Shown: positions 53,021-62,880, counted from the first letter of the stretch. The stretch: DNA of 64,000 bases from Acidobacteriota bacterium (GCA_002730525.1 PCAK01000004.1:5362-69361), one strand, 5' to 3'. Translations and numbers: made by a program. The notes: generated by a model not told the origin, from the sequence alone.

Positions 53021-55783
53021 ATGATTAGGCGACTATTTCTGATGCTGCTGTCACTCGTCGTGCCGGGCGCCGCGTTTCCCCAGCCCGTGCCGGTGCCGAC
53101 CGACCTCGTCACCGAGTACGCGATCGATCCGGTCGGCATCGACGCGGTCCGGCCACGACTGAGCTGGAAGATCGCCACCGACGCGCGCGGCTGGCGCCAG
53201 GCGGCCTTCCAGCTGCAGGTGGCGAGGAACGCCGCCGATCTCGAGGCCGAGCGAAATCTGCTGTGGGACACGGGCAAGGTGGTGTCGTCGGAATCGGTCC
53301 ACCACGCCTACGGCGGCCCGGCGCTCGAGTCGAGCAGTCGCTACGACTGGCGCGTCCGCGTCTGGGACGCGGCGGACCAGTCCTCAGCCTGGAGTCGGCC
53401 GGCCTACTGGGAGATGGGGTTGCTGGACGCCGCCGACTGGCAGGTCGACTGGATCACGCCCGCGTGGGAGGACGAGTTGTCGGCCTCGCCGCCCGCGCCG
53501 ATGCTGCGCGGGACGTTCGAGGCGGCCCGTTCGATCCGCTCGGCGCGCGCCTACGTGACCAGCCTCGGCCTCTACGAGATGGCGATCAACGGCCGTCGCG
53601 TCGGCGACGCGCTGTTCACGCCCGGCTGGACCGCGTACCGCCATCGGATCCAGTACCAGATCTACGACGTGACGGAGCATCTGAGGCAAGGCGTCAACGC
53701 GGTCGGTGTCACGCTCGGCGACGGATGGTATCGCGGCGTCATCGGGTTCGCCCAGCAGCGCGGCTTCTACGGCGAACGGCTCGGCTTGCTCGCGCAGATC
53801 CGCATCGAGTACGACGACGGCACCGTCGAGATCGTCGGCAGTAGCGATGACTGGCGCGCCACCGACGACGGACCGATCCGGATGTCGGACATCTATATGG
53901 GCGAGGTCTACGACGCGCGGCGCGAGCAGCCGGGCTGGACGGTGCCGGGCTACGACGACTCGGCCTGGCAGCCCGTGTCGCGCCTGAACCCGCCCGACGT
54001 CGCCGTGATCGCGCCGGCCGGCCCACCGGTGCGCCGGATCGAGGAGATCCGCCCGGTCGAGATCCTCGAGACGCCAGCCGGCGATACCGTCGTCGACCTT
54101 GGCCAGAACATGGTCGGCTGGGTGAAGCTGACTGTGGACGCTGCCGCCAACGGCGCCGACGCAGGACATCGGATCGTCCTCAGGCACGCTGAAGTCCTCG
54201 ACGCCGACGGCAACTTCTACACGGAGAACCTGCGTGCCGCCACGCAGCGCGTGGAGTACCTCCTCGTGGGCGATGAGGCGCGGACCGAGTTCGAGCCGCA
54301 CTTCACCTTCCAGGGATTCCGCTACGTCGCGATCGAGGGCTACCCGGGCGACTTGACGCTCGACGATCTCACGGGCGTCGTCATCCATTCGGACATGACC
54401 GACACCGGCGAGTTCGAAACTTCCGATACCCGGCTGAACCAGTTGCAGCACAACATCCGGTGGGGGCAGAAGGGCAACTTCCTCGACGTGCCGACCGACT
54501 GCCCGCAGCGCGACGAACGGATGGGCTGGACGGGCGATGCCCAGGCGTTCTGTCGGACGGCGACCTTCAACATGCAGGTGGCGCCGTTCTTCACGAAGTG
54601 GCTCGGCGATCTGGCCGCCGACCAGTACGCCAACGGCAGCATCCCCTTTGTCATACCCGACGTCCTCACGAACGGCGACAGTGGGGCGGGCGCCACCGGC
54701 TGGGCCGATGCCGGCATCATCGTTCCGTGGACGATCTATCTGGCCTACGGTGACGTGCGGATCCTCGAGGCGCAGTACGACAGCATGCGGGCGTGGGTGG
54801 CGTTCATGCGCGCGCGGGCCGGCGACGACCTGATCTGGACCGGCGACTTCCACTTCGGCGACTGGCTGGCCTACGCCACGACCGACCCGGGCTACCCGGG
54901 CGCGACGACCGGCACCGACGGCATCGCGACGGCGTTCTTCGCCCACTCGACCGGCTTGCTTGCGCGAATCGCCGAGATTCTCGGGCGCCCCGATGACGCG
55001 CGGGAGTACGCCGCGCTACGCGAGCGGATCGCGGCGGCCTACCGTCGCGAGTTCGTCACTCCGACAGGGCGCGTGGCCGAGAACACGCAGACCGCCTACG
55101 TTCTCGCCCTGCACTTCGATCTCCTGCCTGAAGATCTTCGGGCCGAAGCCGCGCGGCGTCTGGTCGAGGACATCCGGAGGCACGACACGCACCTGACGAC
55201 CGGCTTTCTCGGCACGCCGTACCTCACGCACGTCCTGACGCGGTTCGGGTATCTCGACGTCGCCTACAAACTGCTGCTGCAGGAGACGTATCCATCGTGG
55301 CTCTATCCGGTTACGCAGGGCGCAACGACGATCTGGGAGCGGTGGGACGGTCAGCGGCCCGACGGCAGCTTCCAGAGCCCGGGCATGAACTCGTTCAATC
55401 ACTACGCCTACGGCGCGGTCGGCGACTGGATGTACCAGAGCGTTGCCGGCCTCGACACCGACCCCGGGAGGCCCGGCTACCGCCATGTGCGGATTCAGCC
55501 CCATCCGGGCGGCGGTTTGACCGCCGCGCGAGCGGCGCTCGACACGATGTATGGTCGGACCGAGTCGGCCTGGACGCTGGCCGATGGGCGGCTCACGCTC
55601 GCTGCCGTCATTCCGCCCAATGCCACGGCGACGGTTCGGATTCCGGACGCGGTGATCGCCGACGTGACCGAGGGCGGTCAGAGACTCGACGTGGTCGACG
55701 GCGTGACGGCAGTGTCGGCCGATGGCGACGATCTGGTGATCGAGATCGGCTCTGGCAGCTATACCTTCGTTGTCGATCGGTAG
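53021..55783 (+). CDS. Alpha-L-rhamnosidase (glycoside hydrolase family 78), secreted
   Basis: ORF 52829..55783. ATG 53021 preferred (SD ggagg, signal peptide). PTDLVTEYAIDPVGIDAVRPRLSWK, FLDVPTDCPQRDERMGWTGDAQ, TIWERWDG, FNHYAYGAVGDW. Confidence 0.85.
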   Translation: MIRRLFLMLLSLVVPGAAFPQPVPVPTDLVTEYAIDPVGIDAVRPRLSWKIATDARGWRQAAFQLQVARNAADLEAERNLLWDTGKVVSSESVHHAYGGPALESSSRYDWRVRVWDAADQSSAWSRPAYWEMGLLDAADWQVDWITPAWEDELSASPPAPMLRGTFEAARSIRSARAYVTSLGLYEMAINGRRVGDALFTPGWTAYRHRIQYQIYDVTEHLRQGVNAVGVTLGDGWYRGVIGFAQQRGFYGERLGLLAQIRIEYDDGTVEIVGSSDDWRATDDGPIRMSDIYMGEVYDARREQPGWTVPGYDDSAWQPVSRLNPPDVAVIAPAGPPVRRIEEIRPVEILETPAGDTVVDLGQNMVGWVKLTVDAAANGADAGHRIVLRHAEVLDADGNFYTENLRAATQRVEYLLVGDEARTEFEPHFTFQGFRYVAIEGYPGDLTLDDLTGVVIHSDMTDTGEFETSDTRLNQLQHNIRWGQKGNFLDVPTDCPQRDERMGWTGDAQAFCRTATFNMQVAPFFTKWLGDLAADQYANGSIPFVIPDVLTNGDSGAGATGWADAGIIVPWTIYLAYGDVRILEAQYDSMRAWVAFMRARAGDDLIWTGDFHFGDWLAYATTDPGYPGATTGTDGIATAFFAHSTGLLARIAEILGRPDDAREYAALRERIAAAYRREFVTPTGRVAENTQTAYVLALHFDLLPEDLRAEAARRLVEDIRRHDTHLTTGFLGTPYLTHVLTRFGYLDVAYKLLLQETYPSWLYPVTQGATTIWERWDGQRPDGSFQSPGMNSFNHYAYGAVGDWMYQSVAGLDTDPGRPGYRHVRIQPHPGGGLTAARAALDTMYGRTESAWTLADGRLTLAAVIPPNATATVRIPDAVIADVTEGGQRLDVVDGVTAVSADGDDLVIEIGSGSYTFVVDR

Positions 55784-55804
55784 ACCTCTTCCAAGGAGGC
55801 AGTC

Positions 55805-56047
55805 ATGGACATTCAGACACTCACCGAGTTCTTCAAGTGGTGCACGATCCTCAATGTCGGCCTGCTGGCGTTCTGGTCGGTCTGGTTCCTGTTCGCGCCC
55901 GACCTCGTCTACTGTCTGCAGCGTCCGTGGTTCTCGGCCTCGCGCGAGGCCTGGGATCTCGTCATGTACAGCTTCCTCGGCGCGTTCAAGATCTTCGTCT
56001 TGGTCTTGAACGTCGTGCCGTGGGTGGCGTTACTGATCATTGGATGA
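55805..56047 (+). CDS. Conserved small membrane protein (DUF6868-like; the family name is from memory)
   Basis: 80 aa with two TM helices. FFKWCTILNVGLLAFW...FKIFVLVLNVVPWVALLI. SD aaggagg 6 nt upstream. GC content visibly lower than the neighbours. Confidence 0.55.
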   Translation: MDIQTLTEFFKWCTILNVGLLAFWSVWFLFAPDLVYCLQRPWFSASREAWDLVMYSFLGAFKIFVLVLNVVPWVALLIIG

Positions 56048-56077
56048 ACGCTCATGCCCAACCGAAAGGACCCGCCC

Positions 56078-56281
56078 ATGACACTGAATCGCCGTGAATT
56101 CATCGCTGGAACGGCGGCGTGCCTCGCCGCGAGCCCGATTCGGGCCGAGGGCGGCAGCCAGGCCACAACAGTTCGCCGATCAAACGGCCAACCTATGGGA
56201 AATAGGCCTTTTTTTTGGGGGACAGCGACCTACCGCCCCATTTCGGCGCCCGCGCCTGGAGTTCGGAGAACGGGGCTATGA
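56078..56281 (+). CDS. Orphan Tat-signal ORF; probably the 5' stub of a lost exported-enzyme gene
   Basis: Good SD (gaaagga) and MTLNRREFIAGTAACLAASPIRAEG. After about 30 codons the sequence turns into low-complexity, AT-richer DNA including a T8 run (56209-56216). Confidence 0.3.
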   Translation: MTLNRREFIAGTAACLAASPIRAEGGSQATTVRRSNGQPMGNRPFFWGTATYRPISAPAPGVRRTGL

Positions 56282-56395
56282 GACCGGCGCCCGCAGAGGA
56301 CAATCCCGAGTAAGCCAGCAGCGGTTGCTTCCCACCCCCTGCTCCGATAGATTCTGATCCTCTAATTCCCGGGTTCTGTCCCGAAGGGGGTCACG

Positions 56396-59300
56396 ATGAC
56401 GAAGTTTCCCGGCCGGATCCTTGCGCGCGCCTCCGTTTCCTTGGCGGCCGCACTGATTTTCACTGGTTTCATTGCCGTTGCTGGCGTTGCGGGCACGGCC
56501 GAGGCCCAGACCGTTTCGCCCGACCAGTACGACCAGTTGAGCTACCGGCATATCGGGCCGGTCGGCAACCGGGTCGCCTCGGTCGCGGGGATCCCGGGGG
56601 ATCCCCTCATCTATTACGTGGGCGCCGCCTCCGGAGGCATCTGGAAGACGGTCGACGGCGGCCTGTTCTGGGAGCCGATCTTCGACGACTACCCGACGCA
56701 CGCGGTCGGCGCCCTGGCCGTGTCGGTGTCGGATTCCCAGATCGTTTGGGCCGGCACCGGCGAGCCGCACATCCGGTCGAACGTGACGATCGGTGACGGC
56801 GTCTGGAAGTCGACCGACGCCGGCAAGACCTGGACGAACATGGGGCTGGAAGCGACCGGCCGGATCTCGCGTGTCCTCATTCATCCGACCGACCCCGACA
56901 TCGTCTACGTCGGCGCGCTCGGTCATGCCCACGGGCCCCAGCCCGAGCGGGGCGTCTACCGGACGATGGACGGCGGCGACACCTGGGAACAGGTGCTCTT
57001 CGCCGACGAGAACAGTGGCGCGTCGAGTGTCGAGATGGATCCCCACAACCCGCGCACCCTCTACGCCGGCATGTGGACCGTCACGTTCAACACCTGGGGC
57101 CGCCGGAGCGGCGGACCTGGCAGCGGCCTCTACATGTCGCGCGATGCGGGCGACACCTGGACGAAGCTGGAAGGGAACGGCCTGCCGACCCGGACGATCG
57201 GTAAGGTCGACGTCTGTCTGACGCCGGCCGACTCGAACCGGGTCTACGCGCTCATCGAGACCGGCGACGGCGTGCCGCTGAACGGCGAGGAGACCGACAA
57301 CGGCGAACTGTGGCGGTCGGACGACGGCGCCGAGACCTGGCAGTTGATGACCCACAACCAGGACCTCGGCGGCCGGACGGCCTACTACAACAACTGCGCC
57401 GTGGCGCCGGACGACGCGGACGAGGCCTACTTCCTGACCGCGCCGTTCGTCCGGTCGATCGACGGCGGCCGGACCGGCCAGCAGCAGGGCGGCCGGCGGC
57501 GGCCCGGCGGCGACAACCACGACATCTGGATCGACCCGACCAACGGTGACCGGATGATCGTCGGGAACGACGGCGGCCTTGCGATCTCGCAGAACCGCGG
57601 CGCGACCTGGCTCAGAGTGAACCTGCCGATCGCGCAGATGTACCACGTGACGGCTGATACGAAGGTCCCGTACTACGTCTACGGCAATCGGCAGGACGGC
57701 CCGTCGTATCGCGGCCCGAGCAACTCCCGGACCGGCGGGTTCGGCGGCGGCCGGATCCCTCGCGGGATGTGGCACTCGGTAGGCGGCGGTGAGAGCGGCT
57801 TCGCGACGCCCGATCCGGAAGAGCCCGACGTCATCTGGTCGTCGGCCTCCGGCTCCGGCGCGGTCGGTGGCATCGTCGTCCGCTACGACGAGCGGACGCG
57901 CCAGTACCGGCAGCTGGAGGTCTGGCCCGAGAGCACCATCGGCTGGCCGGCCGAATCGCTGCGCTACCGGTTCCAGTGGACGTTCCCGCTCCTGATTTCA
58001 CCGCACGACAACGACACCATCTACGTCACCAGCCAGCACGTCCATCGGACGACGAACGATGGGCAGAACTGGGAGGTCATCAGCCCGGACCTCACGACCA
58101 ACGACAAGAGCAAGCAGGTGATGTCGGGCGACCTGACGCCGGACAACATCGGCGTCGAGTACTGCTGCGTCATCTACGCGTTCGACGAGTCGCCGGCCCA
58201 GCAGGGCGTCTTCTACACCGGGTCGAACGACGGCATCGTGCACGTCAGCCGCGACGATGGCGCCAGCTGGCAGAACGTGACGGCAAACCTGCCCGACCTG
58301 CCGGAACTGGGCGTCGTCCGCGGCATCGACGCGTCGAAGTGGGACGCCGGCAAGGCGTATCTCGCTATCGAGTTCCATCAGGTGGGGAACTTCGCGCCCT
58401 ACGTCTACCGGACCGACGACTACGGGCAGTCCTGGACGAAGATCACCGACGGCATTGCCGACAGCCCACTCAGTTTCGCGCGGAGCATCCAGGAAGACCC
58501 GGTCCGCGAAGGCCTCGTCTATCTCGGCACCGAGAACGCGGTCTATGTCTCGTTCAACGACGGCGACTTGTGGCAGCCGCTCAAGCTGAACATGCCGGCG
58601 GCACCGATCTACGGCCTCGTCGTCCAGGAGCATTTCAATGATCTGGTCGTCGGCACCTACGGTCGGGGCTTCTGGATCCTCGACGACCTCTCGCCGCTGC
58701 AGCAGCACACCGCGGAGGTGGCCGGCGGCGACGCGCATCTCTTCGAGCCGCGTGCGGCCTATCGCTTCCACAACATCACGTCGCCGCAGGCGATGCCTAA
58801 CGATCCGTCCGACGGCGAGAATCCACCCTACGGCGCATCGATCAACTACTGGCTCGGGTCGGGCGACAACGGCGAGGTCAGCCTGAAGATCGAGAACGCC
58901 CAGGGCGAAACCGTCCGGACGCTGGACGCGACGACCCAGGAGGGGATCAACCGGGTCTGGTGGGACCTGCGCAGCGAGCCGTCGGTGCAGATCAAGCTAC
59001 GCACGAAGCCGATCTACGGCGAGTGGGTCGATCTGGGTGACGAGCGGTGGCGCTCGGGCGGCGGCGAGATCGCTGTCCTGGAGCCGCCAGGCACGTATAC
59101 CGTCGTTCTCGATGTCGATGGCCAGGAGCAACGGCAGTCGCTCGAGGTCAGGAAGGACCCGAACTCGGAGGGAAGCGAGGCCGACATCGCCGCACAGCTG
59201 GCGATGGCCCGCGAGCTGCGCGGCAACCACGAAGAGGTCGCCGGCGCCATCAACCAGCTCGAGTGGATCCGGCGGCAGCTGTACGACCTCCAGGCGGTCC

Positions 59301-59653
59301 TGACCGACGCCGGGGACGATCGTGCCTCGCTCGTCGAAGCGATCGCGGAGGTGGACGGCACCGTGATCGCCGTCGAGGAGAAGATGGTCCAGCTGAGGCG
59401 GACAGGTACCGGGCAGGACAACATCCGGTGGCCGACGATGCTGCAAGGCCGGCTGGCCTATCTGATCCGCAACGTGGCGACCTACGACTTCCCGCCGAAC
59501 GACCAGCAGCGCGAGGTGCAGGGCGTGCTCCAAGAGCGGATGCGGGATGTCCTCACCGAGGTGCGCGCGGCGATCGACGGCGAGGTTGGGTCGTTGAACG
59601 ATACGCTCGAATCGCAGGGCGTCCCGCCGGTCCTGGTCGTGCCGCCGCAATGA
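56396..59653 (+). CDS. Secreted BNR/Asp-box repeat protein (sortilin/VPS10-like double propeller)
   Basis: About ten S/T-x-D-x-G-x-T-W boxes (KTVDGGLFW, KSTDAGKTW, RTMDGGDTW, SRDAGDTW, RSDDGAETW, TTNDGQNW, SRDDGASW, RTDDYGQSW ...). Signal peptide. SD aaggggg. Confidence 0.8.
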   Translation: MTKFPGRILARASVSLAAALIFTGFIAVAGVAGTAEAQTVSPDQYDQLSYRHIGPVGNRVASVAGIPGDPLIYYVGAASGGIWKTVDGGLFWEPIFDDYPTHAVGALAVSVSDSQIVWAGTGEPHIRSNVTIGDGVWKSTDAGKTWTNMGLEATGRISRVLIHPTDPDIVYVGALGHAHGPQPERGVYRTMDGGDTWEQVLFADENSGASSVEMDPHNPRTLYAGMWTVTFNTWGRRSGGPGSGLYMSRDAGDTWTKLEGNGLPTRTIGKVDVCLTPADSNRVYALIETGDGVPLNGEETDNGELWRSDDGAETWQLMTHNQDLGGRTAYYNNCAVAPDDADEAYFLTAPFVRSIDGGRTGQQQGGRRRPGGDNHDIWIDPTNGDRMIVGNDGGLAISQNRGATWLRVNLPIAQMYHVTADTKVPYYVYGNRQDGPSYRGPSNSRTGGFGGGRIPRGMWHSVGGGESGFATPDPEEPDVIWSSASGSGAVGGIVVRYDERTRQYRQLEVWPESTIGWPAESLRYRFQWTFPLLISPHDNDTIYVTSQHVHRTTNDGQNWEVISPDLTTNDKSKQVMSGDLTPDNIGVEYCCVIYAFDESPAQQGVFYTGSNDGIVHVSRDDGASWQNVTANLPDLPELGVVRGIDASKWDAGKAYLAIEFHQVGNFAPYVYRTDDYGQSWTKITDGIADSPLSFARSIQEDPVREGLVYLGTENAVYVSFNDGDLWQPLKLNMPAAPIYGLVVQEHFNDLVVGTYGRGFWILDDLSPLQQHTAEVAGGDAHLFEPRAAYRFHNITSPQAMPNDPSDGENPPYGASINYWLGSGDNGEVSLKIENAQGETVRTLDATTQEGINRVWWDLRSEPSVQIKLRTKPIYGEWVDLGDERWRSGGGEIAVLEPPGTYTVVLDVDGQEQRQSLEVRKDPNSEGSEADIAAQLAMARELRGNHEEVAGAINQLEWIRRQLYDLQAVLTDAGDDRASLVEAIAEVDGTVIAVEEKMVQLRRTGTGQDNIRWPTMLQGRLAYLIRNVATYDFPPNDQQREVQGVLQERMRDVLTEVRAAIDGEVGSLNDTLESQGVPPVLVVPPQ

Positions 59654-59663
59654 GGTGAACCCG

Positions 59664-61358
59664 ATGCATATTCGATCCGTCTCGGTGACGCACGCCATCG
59701 CTCTCGCGCTGGTGGTGGTCTCCCTCGGCGCGTCGGCGGCCGCCCAGGAAGACGGCTCGCCGTTCCCGTTCGACACGAAGCGGTCGGCGGTGATCGGCCA
59801 TCGTGGCGTCGTCGCGACGAGCCAGCCGCTGGCGTCGAACGCCGGCCTCGACATTCTGAAGCAGGGTGGGAACGCGATCGACGCGGCGATCGCCACGGCG
59901 GCGGTCCTGACCGTCACCGAGCCGCACAGCACGGCGCTCGGCGGCGACATGTTCGCGATGGTCTACCTCGAGGGCGAGAAGAAGCTCCTCGGCCTGAACG
60001 GCAGCGGCCGGTCGTCGTACAGCATGACGCTCGATGCGTTGATGGGGCGGCTCGACGAGCAGGAGATGGATCGGATCGGCGGCATCTACTCGGTCTCGGT
60101 GCCGGGCGCCGTCGACGGCTGGTTCACGCTGCTCGCGGAGTACGGCACGATGACGATGGCCGAGGTGCTGGCGCCGGCGCTCCACTACGCCGAGCACGGG
60201 TTCCATGTCACCGAGCGGATCGGAGAGGTGTGGGCCGGCAGCGAGGAGAAGCTCAGGCGCGAACCCTCCGCCGCAGCCACGTGGCTCGTTGACGGCAAGG
60301 CGCCGCGGATCGGCGATCTCTTCGTCAACCCCGGCCTCGCCAAGACGCTCAAGATGATCGCCGAGGGCGGGCGCGACGCGTTTTACCGCGGACCGATCGC
60401 CGAGGCGATCGTCGCCTACTCCGACAGCAAGAACGGCTTCTTCACGATGCAGGACTTCGAGGAGCACACCTCGACCTGGGTCGAGCCGCTGTCGACCGAC
60501 TACAAGAACTACACGCTCTACGAGCTTCCGCCGAATGGCCAGGGCATTGCCGCGCTCGAGATGGTGAACACGCTCGGCAACGCCGACCTGGGCGCGCTCG
60601 GCCACAACTCGACGGCGTATCTGCACCATCTGATCGAGGCGAAGAAGCTGGCCTACGCCGATCTCGACCAGTGGGTCGGCGACCCCGACCAGAACGAGCT
60701 GCCGGTGGACGTGCTGACGTCGACCGGCTACGGCCGATCGCAGTTCGCGCGGATCGACCCGGATCGCGCGCAGCAGCTGAACGAGTCGGGCCTGCCCGAG
60801 CGGGGTGACACGGTCTATTTGACCGTGATGGACGAGGACCACAACGCGGTCTCGTTCATCTACAGCATTTTCTCGTCGTTCGGCTCGGGCCTGGTCGTGC
60901 CCGACAGCGGCATCACGCTCCAGAACCGGGCGGCACTGTTCTCGCTGGAGGAAGGCCACGTCAACGTGGCGGCGCCGCACAAGCGGCCGTTCCACACGAT
61001 CATCCCGGCGATGGCGTTCAAGGACGAAGAGTTCTTCATGAGCTTCGGCGTCATGGGCGGGGCGGTCCAGCCGCAGCAGCACGTGCAAGTCTTCCTGAAC
61101 GTCGTCGAATTCGGGATGAACATGCAGCAGGCGCTGGAGGTGCCGCGCGTCAACCACAACCGCGGGATGAGCGTGACGGCAGAGCCGGGGATCGATTCTG
61201 CCGTGCTCGACGCGCTCGAGGCGATGGGCCACGAACTGAGGCGCCGCTCCGAGATTGGCGGCGTCGGCGGCGGCCAGGGGATCATCTTCGACCGGGAGAC
61301 CGGTGCGATGATAGGCGGGTCGAGTCACCACAAGGACGGTATCGCCGTCGCCTACTAG
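59664..61358 (+). CDS. ggt: Gamma-glutamyltransferase
   Basis: ORF from GTG 59655. ATG 59664 preferred (SD gaggtg). Signal peptide, GGNAIDAAIA, the autoprocessing/nucleophile region GDTVYLTVMDEDHNAVSFI, and MGG...QPQ. Confidence 0.85.
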   Translation: MHIRSVSVTHAIALALVVVSLGASAAAQEDGSPFPFDTKRSAVIGHRGVVATSQPLASNAGLDILKQGGNAIDAAIATAAVLTVTEPHSTALGGDMFAMVYLEGEKKLLGLNGSGRSSYSMTLDALMGRLDEQEMDRIGGIYSVSVPGAVDGWFTLLAEYGTMTMAEVLAPALHYAEHGFHVTERIGEVWAGSEEKLRREPSAAATWLVDGKAPRIGDLFVNPGLAKTLKMIAEGGRDAFYRGPIAEAIVAYSDSKNGFFTMQDFEEHTSTWVEPLSTDYKNYTLYELPPNGQGIAALEMVNTLGNADLGALGHNSTAYLHHLIEAKKLAYADLDQWVGDPDQNELPVDVLTSTGYGRSQFARIDPDRAQQLNESGLPERGDTVYLTVMDEDHNAVSFIYSIFSSFGSGLVVPDSGITLQNRAALFSLEEGHVNVAAPHKRPFHTIIPAMAFKDEEFFMSFGVMGGAVQPQQHVQVFLNVVEFGMNMQQALEVPRVNHNRGMSVTAEPGIDSAVLDALEAMGHELRRRSEIGGVGGGQGIIFDRETGAMIGGSSHHKDGIAVAY

Positions 61359-61410
61359 AGACTCGCGGCCCGACTTTAGACCGGTGGCGCGGGGCTTCAG
61401 CCCCGCGGGC

Positions 61411-61440
61411 GCGCAGCCCGGACGGGCTGCGCTTTCTCTT
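61411..61440 (+). terminator. Rho-independent terminator after ggt
   Basis: gcgcagccc (61411-61419) and gggctgcgc (61424-61432) form a perfect 9-bp stem with a 4-nt loop, followed by tttctctt. It is preceded by a second hairpin at 61387-61407. Confidence 0.6.
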
Positions 61441-61446
61441 GCGACT

Positions 61447-62748
61447 ATGTCCAACGAACCCAAGACCGCGCTCGGCGTCCCCACGGCCACCGCCTTCGTG
61501 ATCTCCGCGATGATCGGTACGGGTGTCTTCACGACGCTCGGATTCCAGGTCGCCGACATCAGGTCGACCTCCGCCGTCATGGTGCTCTGGATGATCGGCG
61601 GCGTGATCGCGCTGTGCGGCGCGCTCTCCTACGGTGAACTTGGCGCCGCGCTGCCGCGCTCGGGCGGCGAGTACAACATCCTCCGGCGGGTCTATTCACC
61701 GGCACTGGGCTTCCTCGCGGGCTGGGTGTCGGCGACGGTCGGGTTCGCCGGTCCGGCGGCGATTGCGGCGATGGCCCTGGCGTCGTACGTCGGCGCGATC
61801 GTGCCGGGGGTGCCCGAGAATCACCTGGCGGCGGTCGCGGTGCTGGCGTTCAGCGTGCTCCACGCATCGAGTCTCGGCGCGGGCACTGTGCTGCAGAACC
61901 TCCTCACCGGGGTGAAGGTGCTTCTGATCCTGGTCTTCGCCGGGTCGGCCTTCAGCGTGGCCGCGCCGCAGACCGTGACGCTCCTGCCGGGCGGTGCCGA
62001 CCTCGGTCTGATGACCGGCTCGGCCTACGCCGTTGCGCTGATCTTCGTCTCCTACGCCTACACCGGCTGGAATTCGGCAATCTATATCGTCGGCGAGCTC
62101 GACCAGCCGAGCCGGACGCTGCCGCGCGCCTTGCTGCTCGGGACCGGCGTCGTGACCGTGCTGTACGTCCTGCTCAACTACGCGTTCCTCCGCAGCGTCT
62201 CGATGGAGGCGCTGGCCGGTCAGATCGAGGTCGGCTTCCTGGCGGGTGAGCAGATCTTCGGAGCGGCCGGCGGGCGGATTACCGCCGCGATCATCGTCAC
62301 GCTGCTGGCCTCGACCGTGAGCGCCTACATCTTTCTCGGCCCGCGCATTCTGGCGGTGATGGGGGAGGACGTGCCGGCGCTGGCCTGGCTGTCGACGCGT
62401 AGCCGCCGCGGATTGCCGGCGAATGCCTTCGTCTTCCAGCTGGCCTTGTCGCTAGGGTTCATCTACACGTCGAGCTTCGATCAGGTGCTCGTCTACGCAT
62501 CGATCCTACTGGTGACGATCTCGACGCTGGCCGTCGCGGGCGTCTACGTGCTTCGACGAACCCAGCCCGATCTGCCGCGGCCCTACCGGACCTGGGGCTA
62601 TCCCTACACGCCGGCCATCTTCCTCACCGTCAATCTCTGGATGCTCACCTTCACCCTGACCGACCGTACCTTCGAGTCGCTCGTCGGCCTCGGCATCCTG
62701 GCCGCAGGCCTGGTGGTGTATGCGGTCTTGAGCCGGGTAAAGGCGTAG
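61447..62748 (+). CDS. APC-superfamily amino-acid permease
   Basis: ORF 61384..62748. ATG 61447 preferred, after the terminator. VISAMIGTGVFTTLG, GALSYGELGAALPRSGGEY, 12 TM segments. Confidence 0.8.
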   Translation: MSNEPKTALGVPTATAFVISAMIGTGVFTTLGFQVADIRSTSAVMVLWMIGGVIALCGALSYGELGAALPRSGGEYNILRRVYSPALGFLAGWVSATVGFAGPAAIAAMALASYVGAIVPGVPENHLAAVAVLAFSVLHASSLGAGTVLQNLLTGVKVLLILVFAGSAFSVAAPQTVTLLPGGADLGLMTGSAYAVALIFVSYAYTGWNSAIYIVGELDQPSRTLPRALLLGTGVVTVLYVLLNYAFLRSVSMEALAGQIEVGFLAGEQIFGAAGGRITAAIIVTLLASTVSAYIFLGPRILAVMGEDVPALAWLSTRSRRGLPANAFVFQLALSLGFIYTSSFDQVLVYASILLVTISTLAVAGVYVLRRTQPDLPRPYRTWGYPYTPAIFLTVNLWMLTFTLTDRTFESLVGLGILAAGLVVYAVLSRVKA

Positions 62749-62754
62749 GGCGGC

Positions 62755-62782
62755 TTGACATCACGGCGCGCTGTTCTAGCCT
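62755..62782 (+). promoter_or_regulatory. Sigma-70-like promoter candidate TTGACA-N16-TAGCCT
   Basis: ttgaca at 62755-62760 and tagcct at 62777-62782, about 100 nt upstream of the small Cys-rich gene. Confidence 0.3.
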
Positions 62783-62880
62783 CAGGCGCGGGCCTTCTGG
62801 CTCGACACCCCGGGGAATTGGTTACACTAGAGGCCAGGCTTCCGGCCGATTCGCCATCTTTCAAAGGAGCGTCTAACGTC

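Noticed and set aside
56209-56216. The T8 run as an intrinsic terminator for the small upstream genes.
   Set aside because: No stable GC-rich hairpin precedes it. The only pairings are 4-5 bp with a large loop.
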